Part shown: one piece after another, positions 8,335 to 17,687 of the stretch
Layout of the letters: each line of letters begins with the position of its first letter
Numbering within the stretch: position 1 is the stretch's first letter
IMG/VR virus record: IMGVR_UViG_3300010398_000019
Location: 1-39,205 of that record
Direction: 5' to 3' (one strand)
Source of the DNA: a virus
Taxonomy: Duplodnaviria; Caudoviricetes
DNA: 39,205 nucleotides
The notes under the pieces: generated by a model
The model's input: only the letters and a program-made list of their open reading frames with translations
What the model was told of the DNA's origin: nothing
Databases searched by the model: none
Translations under genes and position numbers: made by a program

Positions 8335-8880
8335 CTACCTACCCTTCTCCGGTTCGGCCGTCTGCCAGCCGGATTCGACGATCAGCGCGAGCCAGTCGCC
8401 CGGCGTTACCTCCCGCTCCCCGGGCGGGCAGGCGAGCCCGGCTTTCCGGTAGAGCCACGCCGCCGCGGACGAGCAGACGACCTGACCCGGTACCGTCCCG
8501 GACCTCCCCCACTTAAGCCGCCAGACGTGGTCGAGCCCGAACGCGCCCGCCGCGTCCCGGGCGATAGCTCCCCAGTCGTAGTCGGCGCCGAGCATCGCCC
8601 GAGCTTCGGCGACGATCTCCCGCCGCTGCTTAACCGTCTTCGCCTGACCCGGGTTCGAGACGGTCCACCGCGACGCCAGATAGGAACGGGCGTCGCGCCA
8701 GCCGAAGCCGCCCGGCCGCCCTTCCGCGCACCACGGGACGCCCGCGGCGTCCGTATGGGTGAAGATCGCGACATGATTAACGAGGTTCGGCCGGTCGCGG
8801 AACGCCGCGCCGAGCCGGATCATCGCCCCGGCGAACCCGGACGACCGGGTCAGTAGCAGGTCTCCCGGTTCCGGCCGCAC
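8335..8880 (-). CDS. Circularly permuted papain-like NlpC/P60 amidase (YiiX/YaeF, C92-like)
   Basis: PGDLLLT, NHVAI (His first), LGADYDW, VVCSSAAAWLYRKAG (Cys last), VTPGD. Confidence 0.82.
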   Translation of the reverse strand: MRPEPGDLLLTRSSGFAGAMIRLGAAFRDRPNLVNHVAIFTHTDAAGVPWCAEGRPGGFGWRDARSYLASRWTVSNPGQAKTVKQRREIVAEARAMLGADYDWGAIARDAAGAFGLDHVWRLKWGRSGTVPGQVVCSSAAAWLYRKAGLACPPGEREVTPGDWLALIVESGWQTAEPEKGR

Positions 8881-8882
8881 GG

Positions 8883-9719
8883 TCAGCCGACCCAGTAGAC
8901 CATGCCGGCGGGCGGGATCTTATCGAAGTCGTCGAGCGCTAGGAACGCCTCCTGCACCCGTCCCCAGTGCCCGGCCTTCTCCTTCGCCGGGTCATGCGCC
9001 ATGAGCCACAGCGCCCGGAGCGGCGTCGTCCCGTCCGCCTGGACGAGCTTCCGGAACGACCGTTTACCATCGGCGAGCTTCAACACCGGGGCGGCGGGCG
9101 GCTTCGGCGGAGGATCGGCCGCGACCGCCGGCCGCGGGAACTGGCCGAAGTCCGCCTTCATCGCCTCGTCGAAGTCCACCGAGACGCCGCCGACATTGAT
9201 CTGTAGATGCTGGCGGATATGCGCCCGCGGCTCCCATTGCCCGCCCGACCAGGCGACCGTCTGGCAGGCGAAGTGAGCCTTCCCCGCGTCGAGCGCCCGC
9301 TTGCACACGTAGAAGGAGCCGTAGATCCCGGTCCGGTTCCGGCCGACGACCGACGCCGCGCCGTCGAGATAGGCGTTAATCGGCGCCTGCTGCGCCGGGC
9401 TCGCGTCGAAGTCGGCCGCACAGTACATCGCGATCCCGCCGAGCTTCATCGCGCCGGCGACCGAATCGAAGTGCTTCGCGTCGGCGACGCCCGCGGCGTG
9501 CCCGCCGAGCATCCGTCCCGAGCCCTGCTCGGCGAACAAGACGAGCTCAATCCCGGCGGCGAGCAGCGCCTTGCATTCGGCCGGGACGAGGTTCTTCCCG
9601 TTCGTGTCGTTGACCGCGAGCGGCGAGACGTACCGGCCGGCCCAGTGGATCCCGGCGGCTTTCATCGCGGCCGGGCTCGGGTGCGGCAGGAAGGCGTAGT
9701 CGATCCCACGTATCGGCAT
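8883..9719 (-). CDS. Endolysin, DUF1906 / Rv2525c-like GH25-related glycoside hydrolase
   Basis: GIDYA, AGRYVS, KNL, LVLFAE, YCAADFD, YLDGAASV, TGIYG, QTVAWS, VDFD; Pro linker and C-terminal domain. Confidence 0.9.
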   Translation of the reverse strand: MPIRGIDYAFLPHPSPAAMKAAGIHWAGRYVSPLAVNDTNGKNLVPAECKALLAAGIELVLFAEQGSGRMLGGHAAGVADAKHFDSVAGAMKLGGIAMYCAADFDASPAQQAPINAYLDGAASVVGRNRTGIYGSFYVCKRALDAGKAHFACQTVAWSGGQWEPRAHIRQHLQINVGGVSVDFDEAMKADFGQFPRPAVAADPPPKPPAAPVLKLADGKRSFRKLVQADGTTPLRALWLMAHDPAKEKAGHWGRVQEAFLALDDFDKIPPAGMVYWVG

Positions 9720-9734
9720 GGTGGCCTGTCCCTT

Positions 9735-10886
9735 CTACTTCTTCTTCTTCTTCGTCGTCTTCGAGGTCGGGCGGGAGCGGACCGGGAGCGTATCGACGGC
9801 GGTCGCGAGCAGCGTCGAGAAGTCGTGGCGGATCGACTCGAACGGGGTAATCGTCGCGACGAGCGCGGCGTCGTCCCACTCGTAGGACCCGACTAGGAAC
9901 GTCGGCGACCCGTAGGCGATCTCGCCGCCGTAGGCGAAGTCGGCGAAGAGCAGCTTGCAAACCATCGGGAGACCATCGGCGTAGAAGACGCCCGGGTCTA
10001 CCGGGCTCCCGCCCATATTGAGCAGGTCGGCGGCTCCGGCGACGAACGGCTCGGTAAACGCCGCCCGCGTGAACCGCTTAAGGACGTTGTTCCCGACCGT
10101 CTGAGCGGAGCCGGAAGACATGGTCCCGGCGGACGAGAGGTCGGCGTAGTCTTCCCGCCGGCCGGTCGCGTCGATCATGGGCTGGTTGAGGACGCTCGTC
10201 GTCGCGTAGGTCGCGGGCGTCTTCGTCGTATCCCACGTCGCCTGATACCGGAGATAGATCACGTCCGCGCCATCGGTGACCGTCGTAGGGACGGCTCCGG
10301 TCGCGACGAGAAGCCGGTTCGCGACGGTCGGTAGGGCGAAGACGTAGAGATAGTTCCCGCCGGCGAGCGTCCGTACTTCCCAGGTGAGCCCGCCCTTATG
10401 GCAGACGGTAGAGAGGACGTCGCCGACGTTCGAGCTAGCCGAGTCCGGAGCTTGGCCGATCCACAGTCCGGAGACGCCGGAGATATCGGTTACCCGGATC
10501 CAGTCGAGCCCGCGGGTTATCGCCTGATCGACGACGTCGTTCGGGCTCGACGAAGCCCACGGCGCGGAGTAGATCGCCCGGTAGTTGACCGCTTCGCCGC
10601 CCGCGCCGTGCGCCTGTAGCTGCCAGCCGCTATCGGTCGGCTGCGGCTCGTCGAGCCAGCCGGACCATACGACCGACCCGCCGCGGATCGCCGCGAGCTG
10701 TCTCCCGTTCCGGATCGCCTCATGACGCCACCGGGGCGGCTTAAAAAGCGTCGCCGATAGCTGGGCACAGCCGCCCGGGATCGCCCACGAGTACCGGGGC
10801 GGCGAGACGTGCGCGAGCGTCGAGAGCGGGATCGGCGCTCCGCCCGCGGCCGGGTAGGTGACGAGCGAGGTTAGACCCGGGCGCAT
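9735..10886 (-). CDS. Minor tail protein (baseplate hub-like)
   Basis: Position after the tail genes; PGGC...W, RGGSVVWSGWL pattern; Lys-rich C-terminus. Confidence 0.7.
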   Translation of the reverse strand: MRPGLTSLVTYPAAGGAPIPLSTLAHVSPPRYSWAIPGGCAQLSATLFKPPRWRHEAIRNGRQLAAIRGGSVVWSGWLDEPQPTDSGWQLQAHGAGGEAVNYRAIYSAPWASSSPNDVVDQAITRGLDWIRVTDISGVSGLWIGQAPDSASSNVGDVLSTVCHKGGLTWEVRTLAGGNYLYVFALPTVANRLLVATGAVPTTVTDGADVIYLRYQATWDTTKTPATYATTSVLNQPMIDATGRREDYADLSSAGTMSSGSAQTVGNNVLKRFTRAAFTEPFVAGAADLLNMGGSPVDPGVFYADGLPMVCKLLFADFAYGGEIAYGSPTFLVGSYEWDDAALVATITPFESIRHDFSTLLATAVDTLPVRSRPTSKTTKKKKK

Positions 10887-11231
10887 TTAGAGCCCGACGA
10901 ACTTAACCGCGTGCTCGGCCGGTATCGGCGCGGTCTGCGACGCCGCCGCGGTCCCGGCCGTCCACCATGCGAGCAGCGTCGTCAGCATGTTTCCGAACGT
11001 GCCGATAGCGAACGCCTGATCGGCCGTATAGCCGAACCCGGGCGGGACCGCGTCCGGGGCGGCTTCGAGCGTCGCCGATGGTATCGACGCGATCGTCTCG
11101 GCGAGCCGCTTCGGCGCGTTCGTGTTGTTGAGGTACTCGCCGAGCCCGGCCGCGACGCCCGCGATTGCCTCGTCTAGCTGCTGCCGGGTTACCGACGAGT
11201 GTCCCGGCCCGATGATCGGCGGAGTGGTCAT
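10887..11231 (-). CDS. Hypothetical tail-region protein
   Basis: ATG at 11231 preceded by AGGAGG; MTTPPIIG... Confidence 0.7.
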   Translation of the reverse strand: MTTPPIIGPGHSSVTRQQLDEAIAGVAAGLGEYLNNTNAPKRLAETIASIPSATLEAAPDAVPPGFGYTADQAFAIGTFGNMLTTLLAWWTAGTAAASQTAPIPAEHAVKFVGL

Positions 11232-11233
11232 CG

Positions 11234-11749
11234 TTAGATCCTCCTGTAGAGCGCCATGCGCGAATTGGCTAGCGCGTGGGAGCTGGTACCGGTGTTCGTC
11301 CCGCACGCCCACCGCAGGGCGACCGTCCCCGGCGTAGCGATAACGATGTTGCCGTGCATCGAGATCCCATACGTCGTGCCTACGCCGTTGGTGTAGGCGA
11401 TGATCGACGATCCGCCAGTAGCGACGATCCCCTGATGGAGATTCCCGGCGTCCGACGCGAGCCGGACGATCCCCGAGAGGTTCGCGGTCGCCCCGCCCGG
11501 CGCGGTGATATGGAACTTGAAATCGCCTTCGTTCGCGCCGGACCCGCCGTCGTAAAGTAGATCCCAGTCAGCCATATACGTACCGGCCGGCACGTCGGCG
11601 AACGTCAGATCAGGGTCGTCGGCGAGAGTCGTAGACGTACGCCCGGTGTCGCCGCCCTTAATCGCCTCGAACGCGATCGTCCACCCTTCAACGACCTGAA
11701 CGGCGAGCCGCGCTTCGAGCGCGTACGCCTTCTCGCTCGCGTCGCTCAC
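11234..11749 (-). CDS. Minor tail / tail-fibre-associated protein
   Basis: GTG at 11749 in GTGA overlap; TTLADDPDL...GTY...GDFKF...GTVALRWA...NSRM pattern of actinophage fibre C-terminal domains. Confidence 0.7.
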   Translation of the reverse strand: MSDASEKAYALEARLAVQVVEGWTIAFEAIKGGDTGRTSTTLADDPDLTFADVPAGTYMADWDLLYDGGSGANEGDFKFHITAPGGATANLSGIVRLASDAGNLHQGIVATGGSSIIAYTNGVGTTYGISMHGNIVIATPGTVALRWACGTNTGTSSHALANSRMALYRRI

Positions 11750-14700
11750 TGGAGCCTGTCTTCCCACCAGTGCGGGTAGTAGGTCATCGACGCGCCCGGG
11801 TTCCCCTGCTGCGCGTAGACGAGCACCCGGTTATTAGCGTTCGGCATGACCGAGAGCGGGCCGCCCGAGATCCTCGTCGAAGCCGGGTCACAGTTCACGA
11901 GCCACGACCGGGCGCGGTCCCGGTCGGTATCGGACGCGAAGAACCCGCCCTGATCCCGGTCGAGGTCGGCGACGTCGAGCCAGACGTTATTCGCGAACGC
12001 CGTCCCGGTCGAGTTCAGTAGGACGGTCTGCCCTTGGGTATCGAGGAACAGGACGTCGTAGAACCGGTCGCTCGTGTTCGTGTCGTTGACCGAGACGGCG
12101 AAGTAGGAGTCGGTGTTCCCGGGCGCGATCTCGGCGAGCGGGAGCGAGATAACGCCCATCTCGACGTAGCCGTTAACGACGTCGTTGTTCGGGATCAGCG
12201 TCCGGGCGAGCGCCTGTGTCACGGACGGCCCGCCGGAGTAGGCGAACTGCTTAACCGTGACCGTGACGGTTCTCGAGTTCGCGCCCGTGTTCCATGTGTT
12301 CGCGATCAGGTAGACGGTATAAGACCCGTCGAAGCGGGCGGCGAGGTTCGCGACCGCCGGGACGGTGTAGTCGGTCGCGCCGTTCGGCGTATCGCCGCCG
12401 GTCCCGACCGCGCATAGCGGCGAGAGCCGCGGCGTCGCGTCCCGGCCTGGCATGTGGACGAGCACCGAAGCGAGCGGGAGGATCCCGGTCGCGCCGTACG
12501 TTAGGCGGATCTTCCCGTTCGCGCCGTTCGCGCCGGCGAAGCCGCCATTCTGGTCTGCGCCTCCGCCGCCGCCGCCGCCCGGCCCGGTCGTCGGGACGCT
12601 GCCCGCGCCCGGGCCGCCGCCCGACCAGCCGCCATAACCGCCCGGCCCGCCGCCGGTCGGCGGCGTAGCTCCATACCGGCTGGTCGCGCTCGCCCCGGCC
12701 GCGCCGGTCCCGGCGCTCGACCCGCCGCCGCCGCCGTAGTTGTGCTGTAGGTAGTTCGACTGGAATCCGTTCCCGCCGGCGTAGGCCAAGTCGGCGTCGG
12801 ACGCTTCGGGTCCGCCTTTACCGCCGCCCGACGTCGAACCCTGCCAGCCGCCGTTACCGGCGCTGGCGCGGGTCGTTACCCCGGCGTCGGCGACGAAGTA
12901 CGACGGGCTACCGCCTAGTCCCATGGTCCCGACCGCTCCGCCGGTCCCGCCGGTTCCGACGATCGGATGGTAGAGCGTCGAAGCGGTGATCGTGACGTTC
13001 CGCTTCATCGTGTAGGCTCCGCCGCCGCCGCCGCCGCCACCCCACGCGCCCGACCCGGTCCGGCCCGCTCCGCCGCCGCCGGCGCCCCACGCTTCGACCT
13101 TGTCGAGCTTCGTCACGCCGACCGGGCTCGTCCAGTTGTTCGACCCGGCCGTCGTGAACTCGACCACCGTCGAATAGGAGCTAAGACCGGGCTGTAGCTG
13201 AACGGCGAGCGGCGCCCGGGCGGTCCCGATGATCCCCGGGAGCGTGTACCAGGAGCCGCGGGTAACGGGCGACCCGGTCGCGGTCGCCGACGCGGTAACC
13301 GAGCACAGGTAGGCGGACGCTTCTAGCGTCGCCTGCGGGACCGTGGGATCCCACTGATTCCAGACCTGGATCTTGTACCGGGAAACCGTCGTGTAGTCGA
13401 AGTTAGGTATCGACTGCGGGATATGCGCGGTGATCAGTTGCCAGTACGGCTTAGCTAGGAGCGCCGAAGCGGCTACCTTAACCTGCTTGATCCCGAACGA
13501 GCACGGGTCGCCCTGCGCGTCGTAGAGCGTGATCGCGAACGACGCGGTCCCCTTATGCCAGTGCGCGTAACCGGTCGAACTCGTCGCGAGCCCGAGCCAG
13601 AAGGTCAGCTTCGTCCGGCCGGTGATATCGACGGCCGACGCTAGCGTGTGGTCGTAGACCGGCGAGTCGCCTAGGACGCGGAGCCAGCGGGCCGAGTTCT
13701 GACCCGAGACCGCGGTAATCGTCGAGAGCGCCCACGTCGCCGGGTCGTCGGCCGAGTAGACCGCGCCGCGGTTCATCGTCAGGTCGTCGAAGTAGTGGAC
13801 TTCGCCGTTCGCCGGCGAGACGACCTGCAGGCTCGCGACCGCCCATACCGCGCCCTGCGGAGCCGTTACCGAGCACGTCGGGTTAGTCGTGAAGTTCGCA
13901 TTCGAGTTCGTAACGTTAGACCCGCGGAGCGTCGAGCCGACCTGCGTCCCGGCCGCGTCCCAGAAGTCCACGCCGACGTTAACCGACCGGGCGGTCGTCG
14001 CGGCGCGGGAGAACGCGGAGACCGCGACCGTATCTCCGGGCAGGACGGCGAGCCCGCCGGTCATGATCCCGCTGGCGTCGAACGTCGCCGGGTTGCAATG
14101 CCGGTACTGCATAGTCGCCGCGGCGGTCGCGGTGACGGCGAGCGACGCCGCTCCGCCGTGGAACTGCGCGGTCGAGCGGGCGACGGAACAGTTCCCGGCC
14201 GCGAGGGTCGTCCCGATCCCGCCTTCGTACGTCGAGACGTCGCCGGTTAGGAACGACGTCGCGACCGTCATCCCGTCGATAGTCACCGACGCGGGCGGTT
14301 GGTCCCAGATCTGCGACGGCGCCGGGAAGACGAGAAGCTCGGCGTCGTCGGACCGGCCGTACGGGAGCGCCTCGAAGTCGATCTCGACGAGCGAGACGAG
14401 CGACCGGTGATAGATGAGCGAATGCTCGACCGTGATCGACGCGAGCCCTTGACAGTCGAAGACGAGCGGGAGCCCGCCGTCGCGGGTCCAGACGAGGGAC
14501 CACCGTTCCTGCGCGGTCGTCTGTAGGAGTAGTTCGCGGGCGGCCGAGAGCGTCAGCCGGTCGGCGACGAGGTCGCCCGTCGAAGGGACGTTGATAACGA
14601 CCGGGATCCGCGGCGCCCGGTTCCCGGCGCGTAGCTGCGTAATCTGCTCGCCCGCGAGTAGGAGCCCGGAGACCTTCTCCGAAGTCATCTGCGGCGCGGA

Positions 14701-14817
14701 GAGGTCGAAGTCCTTCCCGAGCCGGAAGATCGCCCCGGCGCACGACGGCTGCGTCGAAGGGACTCCGCCGCCGAGTAGCTCGATCACTCCGTTAACGACT
14801 AGGGAATCGCCGACCAC
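11746..14817 (-). CDS. Large minor tail protein (Dit-like N-terminus, CBM-like and glycine-rich domains)
   Basis: Directly follows the tape measure; jelly-roll-like segment (VDFWDAAG...APQGAVWA...HYFDD); glycine-rich GAGGGGAG...GANGKIRLTY block. Confidence 0.8.
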   Translation of the reverse strand: MVGDSLVVNGVIELLGGGVPSTQPSCAGAIFRLGKDFDLSAPQMTSEKVSGLLLAGEQITQLRAGNRAPRIPVVINVPSTGDLVADRLTLSAARELLLQTTAQERWSLVWTRDGGLPLVFDCQGLASITVEHSLIYHRSLVSLVEIDFEALPYGRSDDAELLVFPAPSQIWDQPPASVTIDGMTVATSFLTGDVSTYEGGIGTTLAAGNCSVARSTAQFHGGAASLAVTATAAATMQYRHCNPATFDASGIMTGGLAVLPGDTVAVSAFSRAATTARSVNVGVDFWDAAGTQVGSTLRGSNVTNSNANFTTNPTCSVTAPQGAVWAVASLQVVSPANGEVHYFDDLTMNRGAVYSADDPATWALSTITAVSGQNSARWLRVLGDSPVYDHTLASAVDITGRTKLTFWLGLATSSTGYAHWHKGTASFAITLYDAQGDPCSFGIKQVKVAASALLAKPYWQLITAHIPQSIPNFDYTTVSRYKIQVWNQWDPTVPQATLEASAYLCSVTASATATGSPVTRGSWYTLPGIIGTARAPLAVQLQPGLSSYSTVVEFTTAGSNNWTSPVGVTKLDKVEAWGAGGGGAGRTGSGAWGGGGGGGGAYTMKRNVTITASTLYHPIVGTGGTGGAVGTMGLGGSPSYFVADAGVTTRASAGNGGWQGSTSGGGKGGPEASDADLAYAGGNGFQSNYLQHNYGGGGGSSAGTGAAGASATSRYGATPPTGGGPGGYGGWSGGGPGAGSVPTTGPGGGGGGGADQNGGFAGANGANGKIRLTYGATGILPLASVLVHMPGRDATPRLSPLCAVGTGGDTPNGATDYTVPAVANLAARFDGSYTVYLIANTWNTGANSRTVTVTVKQFAYSGGPSVTQALARTLIPNNDVVNGYVEMGVISLPLAEIAPGNTDSYFAVSVNDTNTSDRFYDVLFLDTQGQTVLLNSTGTAFANNVWLDVADLDRDQGGFFASDTDRDRARSWLVNCDPASTRISGGPLSVMPNANNRVLVYAQQGNPGASMTYYPHWWEDRLQ

Positions 14818-14820
14818 GCC

Positions 14821-17379
14821 TCACCCCACCGAGTACCGGGCCGCGTAAGCGGCGGAACGGGAAGCTCCGTTAAGCGCGTCGCCGACCGCGGCGCCGGTCT
14901 GCGCGGCGTTCCGCTCGACCGCGGCGATCAGCCGGTCGAGCCGCTCTTCGAGCCGCCGCGTCGAGAACCGGCCCGGGACGACCGTCTCTTCGCCGGACTC
15001 GCCGAACGAGTACCGGCGCCCGGAGCGGCCGATCCCGAGAATCGGCTCCGTGATCCGCCCGCCGCCCGCGAACCCGCGGAACCCGCCCGGCGGGATCCCG
15101 GTGAACATGAGCGCCATAGACCGGAGCGGGACGTACTGAGGTCCGAGCCCGCCGCCCTGCGATATGACCATCCCATTACGGCCGACGATCGCTACGTGAC
15201 CCGGCGGAGGTCCGCCCGCGGGCGAGTTGTAGAACGCGAGCCCGCCCGGGATCGGCGGCGACTGCCGGACCCAAGCTCCCTGCGCCTCGGAGGTCCGCGG
15301 CGCCCGGATACCATGCCGGCCGTAGATCGTCTGGACGAACCCGGAGCAGTCGGCTCCGCCCGGGACGCGAGTCCCGCCCCAGACGTAAGGGATCTTCCCG
15401 ATCCAGCGCATCGCGTCGGCGACTATCGAGGCGCTCCCGGCGGGCCGGAGCTTCGCCGCCATCGCGAGAACCGCTTGGTTCACGATCCGGTTTACGACGC
15501 TCTGGGGCGGCGTATCGGCATGGACGCGGAGCCCGGCCGGCCCGCCTTCGGCCCGGTACTGGATGTCCGCCGTCCCGCGGTTAACGGCGTCCATCGCCGA
15601 CGACCCGTACTTCCGGTGCGACGAAGCGCGGACGACGTACTCGTCGTTCGACAGCGCGAAGAGCCCGGCCCGGTCGGCGGTCGGGCCGCCCGGCCCGGTG
15701 ATCGGCCCGCCCTTCGCCTTAAACCGCCGCGACGCCTGCCCGGAGAAGTACGCGCCCGATAGCTCCTTCCCGGAGAAGCTCACGCCGACCGTTACCTGTC
15801 GCCCGTTTATCCCGGTCAGGGAGTTATTGACGTTCTTCCGGAACGTGTCGAAGTGGCTCGCCGCGGTCTTTAGCTTCCCGCCGATCCCGGGTATCCACCC
15901 GAACGCGGTCGCCGCGGCGTGCAAGAGGTTGCCGAAGTAGCCGAGGACGATATCGACGAACGTCGCGAAGAACGCCCGCGCCGACGACCAGACGGCGGAC
16001 CACGCCTTACCGACGAGCGAGAAGTCCTTCCGCATGGACAGGGATAGGGCGAGCGAGAACTTCGCCAGTAGGACTATCGCCGGGCCGATCACATGCGAGA
16101 GGACCCAGCCGACGAGCCGGAGGACGATCACGAGCGCGGCTAGGGCGAGCTTAAGAACCGGCCCGACTATCGGAGCCCACGCCTTCCACAGCAGGACGAC
16201 CGCCGCCCATAGCTGCGTGACGAACTTCCACACGTCCCGCCAGATCGGCCACATCTGCGCGCCGACGACGACTAGCTGTCCCCAGATCCGGGAGACCCAG
16301 CCGAAGAAGACCTTTACCGCCGGGACGATATCGGTCAGGATCACGTTCCGGACGGTGAGTACCGTCTTCTGCCAGCCGGTAACCTCCGGCGGCTTCGCCG
16401 GAGCATGACCCGCCGGGGCGACCGGCCCGGGAGCACCCTTCGAGAGCAGGTTCCAAGCCTGACTAACGACGCCTATCGCCTTCTTCGCGGCGGGCGCGCC
16501 GACGTGCTTCCAGAAGTCGTCGAACCGCGGGATCCCGGTCGTAAGGATCCAGTTCGCGAGCCCGCTAAGAATCGGCATTAGCCGGAGCCCGACGTCCTCT
16601 TCGATGTTGTGGAACGCGGCCGAGAACCGCTTCAACGGGTCGGCGGTCGCCTTCGCGGCTCCGCCGAACTCGGACGTAAGCTCCCGGAGAATGATCTTCT
16701 GGGCGGCGAGGACGTTCCCGGTATCGACGAGCCGCTTTATCGTCTTGACCTGCGCGTCCGAGAAGGTGACACCGACGCGCTTAAGCGCCGACATGCCCTT
16801 AACCGGGTCGTTAAGAGCCTTCCCTAGCTGGATCGCCTGCTTCCGGAGGTTCTCCGCGTTGACGTCTCCGCCGCGCATCGCCGCCGTCATATCGACGAGA
16901 ACGGTCGTCGCCTGGTTAAAGACGTCGTTATTCTTCCCCTGGACGTTCCGGATGTTCTTAAACGTCAGGAGCATGTTAGCGCCGGCCTGGACGACGTCGT
17001 CTTCTATCCCGGACTGCTCGGATAGACGCTGCGATAGCTCGAAGACTTGCTTCGCCGTAACGTGCGCTACGCCGCCCGTGGACTTAATGACGGCTTCGGT
17101 TAGCCGGAGAACCTTACCGGCGTCGCGGGCGGCGTCGAAGACGTTCTTAAGCGCGACAACGGCGCCCGCGAGCCCGGCGGCGAGAATCGCGCCGGTCCCT
17201 ACGAGCGCACCTTTCATGAGCGACTTAAAGCCGGACGTGAACCGGCTCCCGAACTTCCGTCCCTCCTTATCGCCGACCCGGTCGAGCCGGGCGCGGCCGA
17301 TCCCCTCTTCGGTCTCCTTCGGGAACGTCTTAAGGTCGGGCTTGATCTTGACCCAGGCGGTCGCGAGCGGGATAGCCAC
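14821..17379 (-). CDS. Tape measure protein with C-terminal NlpC/P60 peptidoglycan hydrolase domain
   Basis: QLGKALNDPVKGMSALKRVGVTF core; Trp-periodic amphipathic repeats; PYVWGG...DCSGFV...PRTS...GHVAI. Confidence 0.93.
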   Translation of the reverse strand: MAIPLATAWVKIKPDLKTFPKETEEGIGRARLDRVGDKEGRKFGSRFTSGFKSLMKGALVGTGAILAAGLAGAVVALKNVFDAARDAGKVLRLTEAVIKSTGGVAHVTAKQVFELSQRLSEQSGIEDDVVQAGANMLLTFKNIRNVQGKNNDVFNQATTVLVDMTAAMRGGDVNAENLRKQAIQLGKALNDPVKGMSALKRVGVTFSDAQVKTIKRLVDTGNVLAAQKIILRELTSEFGGAAKATADPLKRFSAAFHNIEEDVGLRLMPILSGLANWILTTGIPRFDDFWKHVGAPAAKKAIGVVSQAWNLLSKGAPGPVAPAGHAPAKPPEVTGWQKTVLTVRNVILTDIVPAVKVFFGWVSRIWGQLVVVGAQMWPIWRDVWKFVTQLWAAVVLLWKAWAPIVGPVLKLALAALVIVLRLVGWVLSHVIGPAIVLLAKFSLALSLSMRKDFSLVGKAWSAVWSSARAFFATFVDIVLGYFGNLLHAAATAFGWIPGIGGKLKTAASHFDTFRKNVNNSLTGINGRQVTVGVSFSGKELSGAYFSGQASRRFKAKGGPITGPGGPTADRAGLFALSNDEYVVRASSHRKYGSSAMDAVNRGTADIQYRAEGGPAGLRVHADTPPQSVVNRIVNQAVLAMAAKLRPAGSASIVADAMRWIGKIPYVWGGTRVPGGADCSGFVQTIYGRHGIRAPRTSEAQGAWVRQSPPIPGGLAFYNSPAGGPPPGHVAIVGRNGMVISQGGGLGPQYVPLRSMALMFTGIPPGGFRGFAGGGRITEPILGIGRSGRRYSFGESGEETVVPGRFSTRRLEERLDRLIAAVERNAAQTGAAVGDALNGASRSAAYAARYSVG

Positions 17380-17687
17380 TACTCGTCACCCCAGCCTTGA
17401 AGGTTCCGCAGGAACTTCGACGTCGCCGCGGCGGTCCCTTCGAGTGGCTCGTAGAGCGCGGCGTCGAGCTTCTCCCGCGCTTCCGGGTCGCCCGCCGTCT
17501 GCCCAGCCAGCATCGAATAGACCACGTTGCAGAAGAGCCGGGCGGACATGCCGGTTAGCGGACTAGCTCGTCGATCGTTACTAGATCCTCCGCCCCAGGC
17601 GGAGCCCGCCGCGAGGACGAGCGCTCCTTCGATCTCGGCGAACCGTTCGGCGCCGGCTGCTGCGAGCCGGAGCGCCGACGTGTAGGG
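17379..17687 (-). CDS. Tail assembly chaperone C-terminal extension (gpGT-like, predicted -1 frameshift product)
   Basis: Frame reading PYTSALRLAAAGAERFAEIEG...RLFCNVVYSML overlaps the chaperone 3' end and is entered at CGC CCT ACA / CCC TAC. Confidence 0.6.
   Translation of the reverse strand, partial: PYTSALRLAAAGAERFAEIEGALVLAAGSAWGGGSSNDRRASPLTGMSARLFCNVVYSMLAGQTAGDPEAREKLDAALYEPLEGTAAATSKFLRNLQGWGDE

Noticed and set aside
12540-13090. GCC-rich runs as microsatellite or collagen-like repeats
   Set aside because: They encode the ordinary glycine-rich domain of the minor tail protein, without Gly-X-Y periodicity
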